From NCBI GenBank assembly GCA_965220075.1, contig OZ244806.1, positions 392,332 through 456,331 on the forward strand: a stretch of DNA of 64,000 nucleotides, written 5' to 3'. This stretch comes from Chloroflexota bacterium (GTDB taxonomy: Bacteria; Chloroflexota; UBA11872). Of the stretch, positions 32,444 through 42,133 are shown one piece after another. A program made the position numbers and the translations under genes. The number at the start of each line of letters is the position of its first letter. The stretch's first letter is position 1. Under the pieces are notes generated by a model. That model was not told where the DNA came from and ran no database searches. It saw nothing but the letters and a program-made list of their open reading frames with translations.

Positions 32444-34023
32444 GGGCGGCCGTATACAACCGCTGGCTGCATCAACGCGGCGGCGGCGAGCGTCACGCGG
32501 CCATGGCCGCGGCGGTCCTGGCCGAGCGCTTTCAAACCGAGCTGGTCACCCATCGCGCCATCTCGCGCGAGGCCCTGCAGGCGGCCCTCAACATCGATCT
32601 GTCGGCGGTGAACATCCGCGTGATCCCGGCGCTGCCGCCCAATCGATTCAGTTCCTTCACGCGCGCCTACGACCTTTTCGTCAACTCCTCTTTCATGACC
32701 AGCCAGCCTTCCGCCGCGCGCCGCGGCATGCTGCTGGTCCTCTTCCCCTCGCCCGTCGACCGCGGCTGGGCGGCGCGGCTGCGCCAGGCGGTTGGGCGCC
32801 TGCTCATCCGCGAGTTCCTGCTGCCCGAATGGACCGACGGCTTCTACGACGTCCAGGAGCTCGGCCGCGGCTGGTTCCGCTACACGACCGACCGCGCCAC
32901 CGTGAGCCTGCGCGTGCCGCCGGGCCGGCGCTCCGTGCCCGTCGACATCGTGGCCGGCAACTTTCGCCCCGAGGGGGACCTACGCGTGCGCTGCCGAGTC
33001 GGCGAGCACCCGGTCGGTGAGAGAGATTTCCCCCCGACGCCGGGCAATTTCGTGACCTGGCGTCTGGAGCTCGACCGGAAGTGGATCAGCAACCGCAGCG
33101 TCGAGCTCACCCTCGAGTCCCCCACCTTCAACCCCTCCGAGGGGATCGGCCGCGCTGACGACAACCGCGAAGTGGGCCTGGCGGTCACCGACGTCCGCAT
33201 CCCCCACCCGCGCCGCTACCTGCACGAGCTGCTGTTCCGCCGCGTGTTCCGCGAGCTGGGCCTGCGGCTCGAAGGACTGCCCACCCACTACAGCCTGGAG
33301 CACCTCGGCACCTACGACCTGATCTGCCCCATCTCCGAGTTCAGCCGGAACTGGATGCGCGAGTACTGGAGCAAGGACGGACCGCTGCTCTACCCGCCCG
33401 TCGACACCAGCGGGGCTGAGTCTCGCCCCAAGCAGCGCATCATCCTGGGGGTCGGTCGATTCTTCCGCGGCAGCCACGAGAAGAAGCACGGCGAGATGAT
33501 CAAGCAGTTCGTGCAGATGGTGCGTGAGGGTCTGCGCGGCTGGACGCTGCACCTGGCCGGCCACCAGAGCGGGCGCGATATCGACCTGGACTACACCGCG
33601 GAGCTGCGCCGCCGCGCGCACGGCCATCCCATCGAGATTCACGTAGACATGGACTTCGAGCGGCTGCGGCGGCTCTACGCCGACGCCAGCATCTACTGGC
33701 ACGCGGCCGGCTTCGGCGAGCGCGTCACGCGCAACCCGGTGAGGTTCGAGCACTTCGGCATCACCGTGGTGGAGGCCATGGCCAGCGCCGCCGTGCCCAT
33801 CGTGCTCGATCAGGGCGGGCTGCCGGAGTTGGTCACGAATGGCGTGGACGGTTTCCATTGGTCCACGCCGCGGCAATTGCGCGCCCGCACCTGGGAGCTG
33901 GTGCGCGATCCGGCCCGACGCGAGCACATGGCCGCGGCCGCGCGCGCGTCCAGCGAGAAGTTCAACGTGCCCGCGTTTCGCGCGCGCCTCAACGAGTTGG
34001 TCGACAGCCTTGGATTCGCCTAG
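32440..34023 (+). CDS. GT4 glycosyltransferase with inserted beta-sandwich-like domain
   Basis: GGGERH, SEFS, LYPPVD, VGRFF, EHFGITVVEAM, GGLPELV; ATGA overlap with GT2. Confidence 0.92.
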   Translation: MRAAVYNRWLHQRGGGERHAAMAAAVLAERFQTELVTHRAISREALQAALNIDLSAVNIRVIPALPPNRFSSFTRAYDLFVNSSFMTSQPSAARRGMLLVLFPSPVDRGWAARLRQAVGRLLIREFLLPEWTDGFYDVQELGRGWFRYTTDRATVSLRVPPGRRSVPVDIVAGNFRPEGDLRVRCRVGEHPVGERDFPPTPGNFVTWRLELDRKWISNRSVELTLESPTFNPSEGIGRADDNREVGLAVTDVRIPHPRRYLHELLFRRVFRELGLRLEGLPTHYSLEHLGTYDLICPISEFSRNWMREYWSKDGPLLYPPVDTSGAESRPKQRIILGVGRFFRGSHEKKHGEMIKQFVQMVREGLRGWTLHLAGHQSGRDIDLDYTAELRRRAHGHPIEIHVDMDFERLRRLYADASIYWHAAGFGERVTRNPVRFEHFGITVVEAMASAAVPIVLDQGGLPELVTNGVDGFHWSTPRQLRARTWELVRDPARREHMAAAARASSEKFNVPAFRARLNELVDSLGFA

Positions 34024-34068
34024 CTCCGTGGGTCTCGTCACCGGCTCCGCCCGGCGCCGCGCACAACG

Positions 34069-36321
34069 GTGCAAATGACTGTCGCGCGGCGTCCGCTGGG
34101 CTGGCTGGCGGCGCGTCCGGCGCTCGCGCTCTTCCTGTTTCTGGTGACCCTCTACGCGCTGGCGGCCGGCGTGAGCCGCAATAGCTTCGGCTACAGCGCC
34201 GACGGCACCTTCGCCTTCGAGATGGCCAAGAGCGCCGTGGTGGACCCCGAGCACGCCTACATCCGCGACCATCACCGCAACTTCTCGCGCTGGGGGCTTG
34301 GTCTGCCGCTCCTGCTCGCGCCGGTGGCGGCCTTCGCCGAGCCCATCGCCGCGGCCGCCCCTCAGCGCGACCGCATCCCCATCGGCGATCACGATCTGCT
34401 GCTCGTGCGCTTTCCACCGGTCGGCCGCGGCGCGCTGGCCGAGGCCGTTTCCGAGCTCGATCTCAACATCCAGCCGGGCCGCTACGCGACCATCGCGCTG
34501 CTCTCACACACCGGATTGAGCGCCGAGCTCGAGCAGGGCGCCGAGGTGGCGCGGCTGGTCATCACCGACGCCGACGGCCGCCTGATCGAGCGCCCCATCC
34601 GGGCCGGTATCGAGACCGCCGAGTGGGCCTACGACCGCGCCGAGGTGCGCGCCGTCGTCCGCCACGAGCGGCCCGAGCCGGTGGCCAAGCACATCGGCAA
34701 CCTGCGCGCCAACTATTACCTGGCGCGCTGGGAGTTCGATCCGCCGGTCGACCTGGCCTCCGCCCGCGTCTACTACCGCGCTCCGGTGGGAGACCTCTAC
34801 GTGGACGGGATCGCAATGCGGCGGCCCGATGGCGCCTGGCTCGATGGACCGGGGGTCGGCCGCGTCTGGTCGGAGCGTCAGAACGTCGAGTTCTTCCGCC
34901 GTCTGTGGGCGCCGCTCGTCAATGTCATAGCCACCGCGCTGGGTGCCGTCATCCTGTTCCAGATCGTGCGCCGGCTCGGCTACGCGGAGCGCGCCGCTCT
35001 GTTGGTCGCGCTGGCCTACGGCCTGGGGTCCATGGCGTGGCCCTACGCAAAGCTCGATTTCAGCGAGCCGATCGTCACCACCGCGCTGCTGGGTGTGGTC
35101 TGGGCGCTCCTTCTCCAGCGCCACACCGGCCTCGTGCGCTTCGCCGCGCTGGCCGGTCTCGTGGCGGTGTTCGCGGTTTTCACCAAGTACGTAACCGCCA
35201 TCGCGCTGCCTCCGCTCGCTATCTACGTCATCGTCCAGCACAAGCCGGGCCGCTCATGGCGGCAGACCTGGCAGGCGGCCCGCCGCCCCCTGCTGGCTTT
35301 CCTCCTGCCGTTTCTGGTGCTGGCGCCGCTGGTTCTGCTGGTGGCCGCGCTGGCCTTCGACATGCGGCTGCTATACGAGCGGGAGCTCATCGGCGGGCTG
35401 CAGCGTGACTGGCTGGAGCTGCCCTTCCTGCTCGGCTTCCACGGGCTCGTCACCAGCTGGGGCAAGGGGGTGCTCTGGTACAACCCGGTGCTCCTGCTGG
35501 CAATTCCCGCCATACCCTGGTTCATCCACCGGCACGGCTGGCGATCCCTGATATTCCTGGCCGTGCCCATCGTCTATCTGGCCCTCTACAGCAAGAAACC
35601 GGTCTGGTACGGCGGCAACGCCTGGGGTCCCCGTTACCTCGTGCCCACTCTGCCGTTCCTGATCGTCATGGGCGCGCCTCTGGCCGCCTGGGCCGTCGAG
35701 CGCGCTCGACGGCTCCTCCCGCGGCTGGCCCTGGCGGCGCTCCTGCTGGCCAGCGTGGGCGTTCAGTTCATGGGCGTCAGCAAGGACTTCATCGGCTACC
35801 TGAATCTCTTCCAGTTCCAGGTGGCCGGCCTGGTGTCCGAGAATGGCGCGATCTATGGCGGCGCTGAGTACCAGCGCTGGTCGTCCATCCAGCCGGAAGG
35901 CGACTTCGCGGCGGTTCTCTACGCCCATCAGTTCTCGCCCCTGCTGGCGCATGCCTGGCTGCTGCGCGCGGACGCGGTCAATCTCTTCGCGCCCGACCGC
36001 ACCGACCTCCTCGAGGACGCGCTCTACCGCTCGCCCTGGTCGCGGTTCGGCATCGACGCGCCGCCGCGCAGACCGGAGGCCGGCTTAGGACTCGACTTCT
36101 GGTCGATGACTCTGGCGGAGAGCTTCCTGGCCTACCCGTGGCTGGTGTTTTGGATCGCCGCCGCCCTGCTGGGCCTGCAAGCCCTCTCGCTGGGAGCGTG
36201 GGGGGTCGTGACGCGCCGCGTTCTGCGCGTTGGGGGCCGGTGGCGGCTCGTCCAGATGGTTCCGGTCGGCGCCTACGCCGCCGTGCTAGTAGTCTTTGAC
36301 ACTGCACATTTCATGCTCTAG
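34069..36321 (+). CDS. GT-C-like (PMT-related) integral membrane glycosyltransferase with inserted extracytoplasmic domain
   Basis: TM1 then SADG; WPYAKLDFSEP, GKGVLWYNP, WYGGNAWGPRYLVP; soluble insertion including RAGIETAEWAY. Confidence 0.7.
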   Translation: MQMTVARRPLGWLAARPALALFLFLVTLYALAAGVSRNSFGYSADGTFAFEMAKSAVVDPEHAYIRDHHRNFSRWGLGLPLLLAPVAAFAEPIAAAAPQRDRIPIGDHDLLLVRFPPVGRGALAEAVSELDLNIQPGRYATIALLSHTGLSAELEQGAEVARLVITDADGRLIERPIRAGIETAEWAYDRAEVRAVVRHERPEPVAKHIGNLRANYYLARWEFDPPVDLASARVYYRAPVGDLYVDGIAMRRPDGAWLDGPGVGRVWSERQNVEFFRRLWAPLVNVIATALGAVILFQIVRRLGYAERAALLVALAYGLGSMAWPYAKLDFSEPIVTTALLGVVWALLLQRHTGLVRFAALAGLVAVFAVFTKYVTAIALPPLAIYVIVQHKPGRSWRQTWQAARRPLLAFLLPFLVLAPLVLLVAALAFDMRLLYERELIGGLQRDWLELPFLLGFHGLVTSWGKGVLWYNPVLLLAIPAIPWFIHRHGWRSLIFLAVPIVYLALYSKKPVWYGGNAWGPRYLVPTLPFLIVMGAPLAAWAVERARRLLPRLALAALLLASVGVQFMGVSKDFIGYLNLFQFQVAGLVSENGAIYGGAEYQRWSSIQPEGDFAAVLYAHQFSPLLAHAWLLRADAVNLFAPDRTDLLEDALYRSPWSRFGIDAPPRRPEAGLGLDFWSMTLAESFLAYPWLVFWIAAALLGLQALSLGAWGVVTRRVLRVGGRWRLVQMVPVGAYAAVLVVFDTAHFML

Positions 36322-36340
36322 GTTCCAGAAAGCCCTCGTG

Positions 36341-36562
36341 ATGTCAGAAACCCCTCCCGGCGAGCTCATCCCGGCCGACTTCCTCGCGATCCTGCGCTGC
36401 GTGAACGACGCTCATCCGCGCGACGACGGCACGCTGCGCACCCGGGGCAGCCTGCTGGTGTGCACCGTCTGCGGCTACGGCTACATGGTTGACGACGGCA
36501 TTCCCAACATGCTGTGGGATGAAGCTCTGACTCCGGAGCAAGTAGAGAGCGCTGGCGCGTGA
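36341..36562 (+). CDS. Trm112-like (YcaR-type) small protein
   Basis: FLAILRC...L...LVCTVCGYGYMVDDGIPNMLWDEA; GTGA overlap with radical SAM gene. Confidence 0.85.
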   Translation: MSETPPGELIPADFLAILRCVNDAHPRDDGTLRTRGSLLVCTVCGYGYMVDDGIPNMLWDEALTPEQVESAGA

Positions 36563-37659
36563 ACACCGTCGGTCAGGCGAAGGACCTCATATTCAAGTTC
36601 CGCCGCCACCGCGCGGTGGCTCATCCACGCCTGTTCCGCTTCGCCTACCACTGGATGAAGGGCACGCAGAGTCCGCCCTACGGCCCGCTCAAGCTCCACA
36701 TCGAGCCGACCAGCTTCTGCAATCTCCGCTGCCCCATGTGTCCGCAGAGCATCGGCGCCAACGAGACCAACGGGTTCATGGAGATGGACCTCTACGACAA
36801 GATCGTCGACGAAGCCCGCCACTTCGCGCGCGAGTTCAACCTGTTCTTCCGCGGCGAGTCGCTCATGCACCAGGGCATCTACGAGATGATCGAGAAGTGC
36901 GAGCGGGCCGGGATCGCCGCGCACATCAATACCAACGCCACCCTGTGGCGCGACGAGGCCATAGACAAGCTGCTCGACGCGCGCCCCTCCAAAGTGACCA
37001 TCAGCTTCGACTCGGGCGACCCGACCACCTACGAGCAGATGCGTGCGGGCGCCCGGTACGACCTCACCCTGGAGCGCGTGCTGCGCTTCCTGTCGGAGAA
37101 GAAACGCCGCGGCCTGCGCAAGCCATACGTGGTCATGCAGGTGATCCAGCTATGGGACAAGACCTTCGCGGTCGGCGCCAAACCGACTATTCCGGCCGAC
37201 TTTCGAAGCCTCTTCGACGGTCTGCCCGTGGACGAATGGGACACTTTTTGGGCGCACGGCTGGGCGGGCACGATGGACGACTCCGCGTTCTACAACGCGC
37301 GCCCCCACGGGTCCGTCTACTTCCCCTGCAACTGGCTGTGGAAGTCGATGGCCGTCTATTGGGACGGCCGTGTGCCGTCCTGCTGCGCCGACTTCGCCGA
37401 AGACCAGATCATGGGCGACCTCAATCAGCAATCGCTGCTGGAGATTTGGGACAGCGAGCCTTACCGGGAAATCCGGCGCGCGCACGTGGCCGGAGACTTG
37501 AGCGACTACAAGCTGTGCAGGGGCTGCGACGCTGTCTGGCAGCACGACACAAACGCCTGGAAGGGATTCGCCGGCGCGCGCACGCTTGTCACCCGCGACC
37601 CATTGCCGGTCCTGCAAGAGCGCCGGCCGGCCGAGCCGGCGGCAAACGCCCCCGACTAG
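36559..37659 (+). CDS. Radical SAM enzyme with SPASM/twitch domain
   Basis: IEPTSFCNLRCPMC, GE, NTNAT, ISFDS, PCNWLW..YWDG.V.SCCAD..LLEIW..LCRGC. Confidence 0.93.
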   Translation: MNTVGQAKDLIFKFRRHRAVAHPRLFRFAYHWMKGTQSPPYGPLKLHIEPTSFCNLRCPMCPQSIGANETNGFMEMDLYDKIVDEARHFAREFNLFFRGESLMHQGIYEMIEKCERAGIAAHINTNATLWRDEAIDKLLDARPSKVTISFDSGDPTTYEQMRAGARYDLTLERVLRFLSEKKRRGLRKPYVVMQVIQLWDKTFAVGAKPTIPADFRSLFDGLPVDEWDTFWAHGWAGTMDDSAFYNARPHGSVYFPCNWLWKSMAVYWDGRVPSCCADFAEDQIMGDLNQQSLLEIWDSEPYREIRRAHVAGDLSDYKLCRGCDAVWQHDTNAWKGFAGARTLVTRDPLPVLQERRPAEPAANAPD

Positions 37660-37674
37660 CGCCGGACGGCGCCG

Positions 37675-38505
37675 CTAAGCCTGCCGCCAGCGCCAGAGCC
37701 GCTCGGCCGTACCCCCCAGAATCCATCTGCGCTCCTCCGCGCTGAGGTCCAGGCGGGTCTGGAAGATCTCCAGATGCTGCGCATAGGTCGCGCCTTGGTT
37801 GAACTCGCTGGTCGGGAAGTTTGAGCCCCACATGCAGCGCTCGGCGCCATACGCGTCGATCACCCGCCGCACCATCGCGTAGCCGTCCTCGTAGGGCCAC
37901 GATCCGTCGGTAAGCGCGTCCAGGAACGTCAGCTTGGCGTAGACGTTGGGATAGCGCGCCAGCGCAAGCACCGGCGGCAGGTTGGGCGACGGTGGGTTGA
38001 AGCTCAAGCCCACGTAGCCGCAGTGGTCCAGGATGATCGGTATCTCCGGGAACTGCTCGATCCGCGCCTCGAGCCGGGGGTACTCGTCCAGCACCGCCCA
38101 GGCGTCCACCGTTATGCCCAGATCGGCCACCGTCTCCCACAGCGGCGTGCTCACCGGATCGTCCAGCTCGACCTCGTTCAGGTCCTTGCCGTGAATGCGG
38201 ATGCCGCTGGCGCCCGCGTCCGCCAGGACGCGCAGTTTGGCGGGCCCATCCGCGGACCTGGGGTCCACCAGCACCACCACCGCCAGCCGTTCCCCATGCG
38301 CGCGGCCGCTCTCCATGTGGTAGCGGTTATCCCAGAGATAGCAGTAGGGCGAAATGACCACCGCGCGCTGCACGCCGGCCGCGTCCATCTCGGCCAGCAG
38401 CTCCGCGGGAGTGCCGGTCACGCCCGGACTGTATACGGGGCTATCCGCCAGCGGGTAACAAGGATCGTCGCCGGCGATCAGGTGAGTGTGGCTGTCGATT
38501 ATCAT
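37675..38505 (-). CDS. Amidohydrolase_2 family protein
   Basis: MIIDSHTH, GIRIH, IILDHCG, LARYPNVYAK, ERCMWGSNFP; AGGGGG SD upstream. Confidence 0.9.
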   Translation of the reverse strand: MIIDSHTHLIAGDDPCYPLADSPVYSPGVTGTPAELLAEMDAAGVQRAVVISPYCYLWDNRYHMESGRAHGERLAVVVLVDPRSADGPAKLRVLADAGASGIRIHGKDLNEVELDDPVSTPLWETVADLGITVDAWAVLDEYPRLEARIEQFPEIPIILDHCGYVGLSFNPPSPNLPPVLALARYPNVYAKLTFLDALTDGSWPYEDGYAMVRRVIDAYGAERCMWGSNFPTSEFNQGATYAQHLEIFQTRLDLSAEERRWILGGTAERLWRWRQA

Positions 38506-38605
38506 TTCGACCCCCTCGGCTGGTCTCTCTGCGGCGTTTTCGAGTGGCCAGCATACGCTCGCGCGGCGGTTGTTTCGATCCAGCGCCGGTGCTAGCGTCG
38601 CTCGC

Positions 38606-39778
38606 GTGCGAGTGACCCTCGTCTCCAATATCTTCCCGCCCGCGGTCGGCGGTCCGGCCACGCACATCTACCATCTCGCGCTCTCGCTGCACGCCGCCGG
38701 CCACGAAGTCCGCGCGGTGGTCTGCACCGACGATTCCGAGGGCCGCGTGCGCCCGCCCTTTCCGGTCGTGCGAGTTTCGTGGAGCGTGCCGGTACCGCTG
38801 CGTTACCTGCGCGTTCTCTGGCATACCTGGCGCGCCGCGCTGCGCTCGGAGGTCGTGTACATCAACGGCATCGAGCTCCCGTCCAGCCTGGGCGCGCTGC
38901 TGGCGAGACGCCCGCGTGTGCTCAAGATCGTGGGCGATTGGGCTTGGGAGTCCGCCTTGCGCCGCGGCCTCACCGACGTGGGACTGGAGGAGTTCCAGCG
39001 CGGGCCGCGCGGCCTGCGATTCAGCTTCTTTCGCGCCATCCAGCGGTTCTATTGCCGCCTGGCTTGCGTGGTGGTGGTGCCAAGCGGCTACGTGGGCGAG
39101 ATTGTGCGCGGCTGGGGCGTTCCCGCCGGCAAGATTCGCGTGATCCGCAACGCGCTCACCCACCAGCCCCTTTCCGAGGTGTCCCGCGCCCAGGCGCGGA
39201 GCGCGCTGGGACTCAGCGGGCCGGTCGTATGCAGCGTGGCGCGCCTCTACCCCTGGAAGCGCGTCGACGACCTCATCCGCATGGCGCCCGCCTTTCACCA
39301 AAACGCCGTATTGGTGATCGTGGGCGACGGTCCCGAGCAGCCCCGGCTGGAGCGGCTCGCACGCGCGATCGGCGTCGCCGATCGAACCGTCTTCGCCGGC
39401 CGCGTGCCGCTCGATCGCGTGGCGCTGTATCTTCGCGCCGCCGACGTGTTCGCGCTCAACACGCAGTATGAGGGCTTGTCCCACACGTTGATCGAGGCCA
39501 GGCACATCGAGACGCCAATCGTGACCACCGACGTAGGCGGCAACCGCGAGGTCCTGCAACACGCGCGGAACGCGCTGCTGGCTCCCTACGGCGACCGGGA
39601 CGCTTTCATCGCCGCCGTGAATCGCGTGCTCGACGACCCCGACCTGGCGCGGCGCCTGGCGGCGGCCGGCGGGCGCGATCTGGAAGAGTTCCGCTGGGAG
39701 CGGCTGGTGCGCGAGACGCTCGACCTCCTGCATGAAGTAACCGGCGCGCCGCGCCCGGCCGAGCCCCTGGGCGTGTGA
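38606..39778 (+). CDS. GT4 glycosyltransferase
   Basis: IFPPAVGGPAT, LKIVGDWAWE, VARLYPWK, YEGLSHTLIEA. Confidence 0.92.
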   Translation: MRVTLVSNIFPPAVGGPATHIYHLALSLHAAGHEVRAVVCTDDSEGRVRPPFPVVRVSWSVPVPLRYLRVLWHTWRAALRSEVVYINGIELPSSLGALLARRPRVLKIVGDWAWESALRRGLTDVGLEEFQRGPRGLRFSFFRAIQRFYCRLACVVVVPSGYVGEIVRGWGVPAGKIRVIRNALTHQPLSEVSRAQARSALGLSGPVVCSVARLYPWKRVDDLIRMAPAFHQNAVLVIVGDGPEQPRLERLARAIGVADRTVFAGRVPLDRVALYLRAADVFALNTQYEGLSHTLIEARHIETPIVTTDVGGNREVLQHARNALLAPYGDRDAFIAAVNRVLDDPDLARRLAAAGGRDLEEFRWERLVRETLDLLHEVTGAPRPAEPLGV

Positions 39779-40908
39779 ACGCCAACCTGCTAATGCTCAG
39801 CGGCGATCGGGACGTCGCCGCGGGTCGGCGCGGACCCTTCAATTACACGCTGGGAGGCTTGGCGGAGCAGTTCGCGCGCGTCGACGTCCTGACCCCGCGG
39901 GCGGCCGGCGGCGCTCCCCGACAGATTCACCAAACGGTCCACGTGCAGCCTTCTCCCAGTCCCCGGCTGCTGCAAGCCGTCTGGCTCATCCGGCGCGGCC
40001 TGGCGCTCGCCAAGCAGCGCCGCTATCACCTCATCGTCAGTCACGACTACGGCATATTCGCGAACGGCCTGGCGGCGGCCGTGCTCAGCGCCCGGCTCGG
40101 CGTTCCGCACGTGAGCGAGATTCACCACATCCCCGCCCACCCCAAGCGCGCCCAGTGGTGGGAGCCGCTGGCCAAGCTGAGCTACCGCCTCTACCTGGCG
40201 GTCATGGCGCCGCGGGTGCGCGCCATCCGCGTCGTCAATACGCGCGAGGTGCCCGACCTCATGCGTCGTTGGGGAGTGCCCACCGACAAGATCGTGACGC
40301 TGCCCTCCGCGCATGTCGACCGCGCGACCTTCGCCGACTGTAGTGACCGGCAGGTGGAGTACGAGCTCGGTTTCGTGGGCCGCCTGGTGGCCAACAAGGG
40401 CTTGCCCTACCTCGCCGCCGTGTTCGCCGCGGTCGCGGCCGACCGCCCCGACGCTAACTTCGTAGTTATCGGCCAGGGACCGGAGCTGGACGCGCTGCGC
40501 GCCTCCCTGCGCGCCCGCGGCATCCTGGAGCGCGTTCACTTCATCGACTGGCTCGATGATCCGGCCGAGCTGGCGCAGGTTTACCGGCGCATGCGCGCGC
40601 TTGTCTGTTGCTCCCGCAGCGAGGGCGGCCCGCGCGTCTGCCTGGAGGCCATGGCCTGCGGCACTCCCGTATTCGCGACGCCGGTGGGGCTGATGCCCGA
40701 GCTGATCGAGGACGGAACAAACGGCTGGATGCTGCCGTGGAGCCGCGTGCACGGGGCGTCGGTTGTCGTGCGCGCCTTGCGCGACCGCGCGGCGTTGCAG
40801 GCCGCCGGAAGACGGGCGCGGGCGGCCACCGAGCCCTACGCGCGCGATCAGGTGCTCGGCGCCTACGCAAGCGCCTACCGCTCCTTCGCGGACGCCGCAA
40901 GAGCATGA
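39775..40908 (+). CDS. GT4 glycosyltransferase
   Basis: LLMLSGDR, FVGRLVANKG, SEGGPRVCLEAMACG. Confidence 0.92.
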   Translation: MNANLLMLSGDRDVAAGRRGPFNYTLGGLAEQFARVDVLTPRAAGGAPRQIHQTVHVQPSPSPRLLQAVWLIRRGLALAKQRRYHLIVSHDYGIFANGLAAAVLSARLGVPHVSEIHHIPAHPKRAQWWEPLAKLSYRLYLAVMAPRVRAIRVVNTREVPDLMRRWGVPTDKIVTLPSAHVDRATFADCSDRQVEYELGFVGRLVANKGLPYLAAVFAAVAADRPDANFVVIGQGPELDALRASLRARGILERVHFIDWLDDPAELAQVYRRMRALVCCSRSEGGPRVCLEAMACGTPVFATPVGLMPELIEDGTNGWMLPWSRVHGASVVVRALRDRAALQAAGRRARAATEPYARDQVLGAYASAYRSFADAARA

Positions 40909-42050
40909 CGGCGTCCGCGCCCTGCTCCGATCTGCGCCTGCTGTTCATCACCCAGGAGCTGGACGCCGACAGCACCAATCTGGGCGTTGCGCACACCTGG
41001 GTGCGTCACCTTGCCGCCAAGGTCGCGGCCGTGGACGTAGTGGCGGCCCGCACAGGCCGCGTGGAATTGCCGTCCAACGTAGCGCTGCACTCGCTGTCGA
41101 GGCGGCGCCGCGCCGGACGTCTGGCGCGGTTCGTGAGTCTTACTGAGCGCTGTCGCGAGCTCATCGGACGCGGCCGGGCGAACGCCGTGCTGGCGCACAT
41201 GGTGCCCGCCTACGCGCTCGCGGCCGCGCCCTGGGCGCGCCTGCGGCGCGCGCCGCTGGTGCTCTGGTACACCAGCCACGGGCGCTCCAAGCCGTTGCTG
41301 CTTGCGCACCGGCTCGTCAACGCCGGCGCCACCGCCTCCAGCGAGAGCTATCCGCTGCGCGGCGGCAACGCTTACGTGCTTGGCCACGGAATCGACGCCG
41401 AGCGCTTCACCCCGCTGGCGGAGCGGCGCCCGAGCTCGGCGCCGCCGGTGGTCGGGGCGGCCGGTCGGGTCACGCCGCTCAAGGGCTTGCACGTGGTCAT
41501 GAGGGCAATCGCCGCCGTACACGCCGCGGGCGACCTGCGGCCGCGCCTGCGCGTCGCCGGCGAGCCCTTCTATCCCGCCGACCACGCCTACCGTGACGAG
41601 CTGGAGCGTCTGGCCTCCTCGCTCGGTATCGGGGCCTCGGTTGAGTTCGTGGGCGGCCTGCCGGCCACTGAAATGCCCGAGTTCTACCGCTCGCTGGACC
41701 TGCTGGTGAACTGGCGCGCGCGGCCCGCGCTGGACAAGGTCGGGCTGGAGGCGCTGGCCTGTGGAACGCCCCTTGTGACCAACAACCGCGCCTATTCCGA
41801 TCTGCTCGGACCGCTCGCCAACGACTTCCTGACCGGCGACTCGGTGGACGACCAGGCCCGCGCGATTGAGTCGGTGCTGGGCCTGCACCCGCGGTTGCGC
41901 GTGGCCGCGATTGAGCGGCTGCGCCGCCTCACCCTTCAGCGGCACGGCGCGGACGGGCTAACCTCTCGGTTTGTGGACCTTTTCGAGGCATTGCGTGCCG
42001 GCCGCCCGCCCTCGTTCGAGGAGGCGGCCGGCGCTGACGCGGCGCCTTGA
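40905..42050 (+). CDS. GT4 glycosyltransferase
   Basis: LLFITQELD, GHGID, AGRVTPLKG, LDKVGLEALACG. Confidence 0.9.
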   Translation: MTASAPCSDLRLLFITQELDADSTNLGVAHTWVRHLAAKVAAVDVVAARTGRVELPSNVALHSLSRRRRAGRLARFVSLTERCRELIGRGRANAVLAHMVPAYALAAAPWARLRRAPLVLWYTSHGRSKPLLLAHRLVNAGATASSESYPLRGGNAYVLGHGIDAERFTPLAERRPSSAPPVVGAAGRVTPLKGLHVVMRAIAAVHAAGDLRPRLRVAGEPFYPADHAYRDELERLASSLGIGASVEFVGGLPATEMPEFYRSLDLLVNWRARPALDKVGLEALACGTPLVTNNRAYSDLLGPLANDFLTGDSVDDQARAIESVLGLHPRLRVAAIERLRRLTLQRHGADGLTSRFVDLFEALRAGRPPSFEEAAGADAAP

Positions 42051-42133
42051 TCCGTTGCCGCCCTACCGCGGACGCGAGGTGACGATGCAACGCGGCCGAA
42101 TCCAGCCGGTCCGCGCTCCCGCGCGGCGTCTCG

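Noticed and set aside
36559-37659. RiPP maturase role for the radical SAM/SPASM enzyme, with the small upstream ORF as precursor
   Set aside because: The small ORF matches the Trm112 pattern, no PqqD/RRE domain is seen, and the context is glycan biosynthesis.
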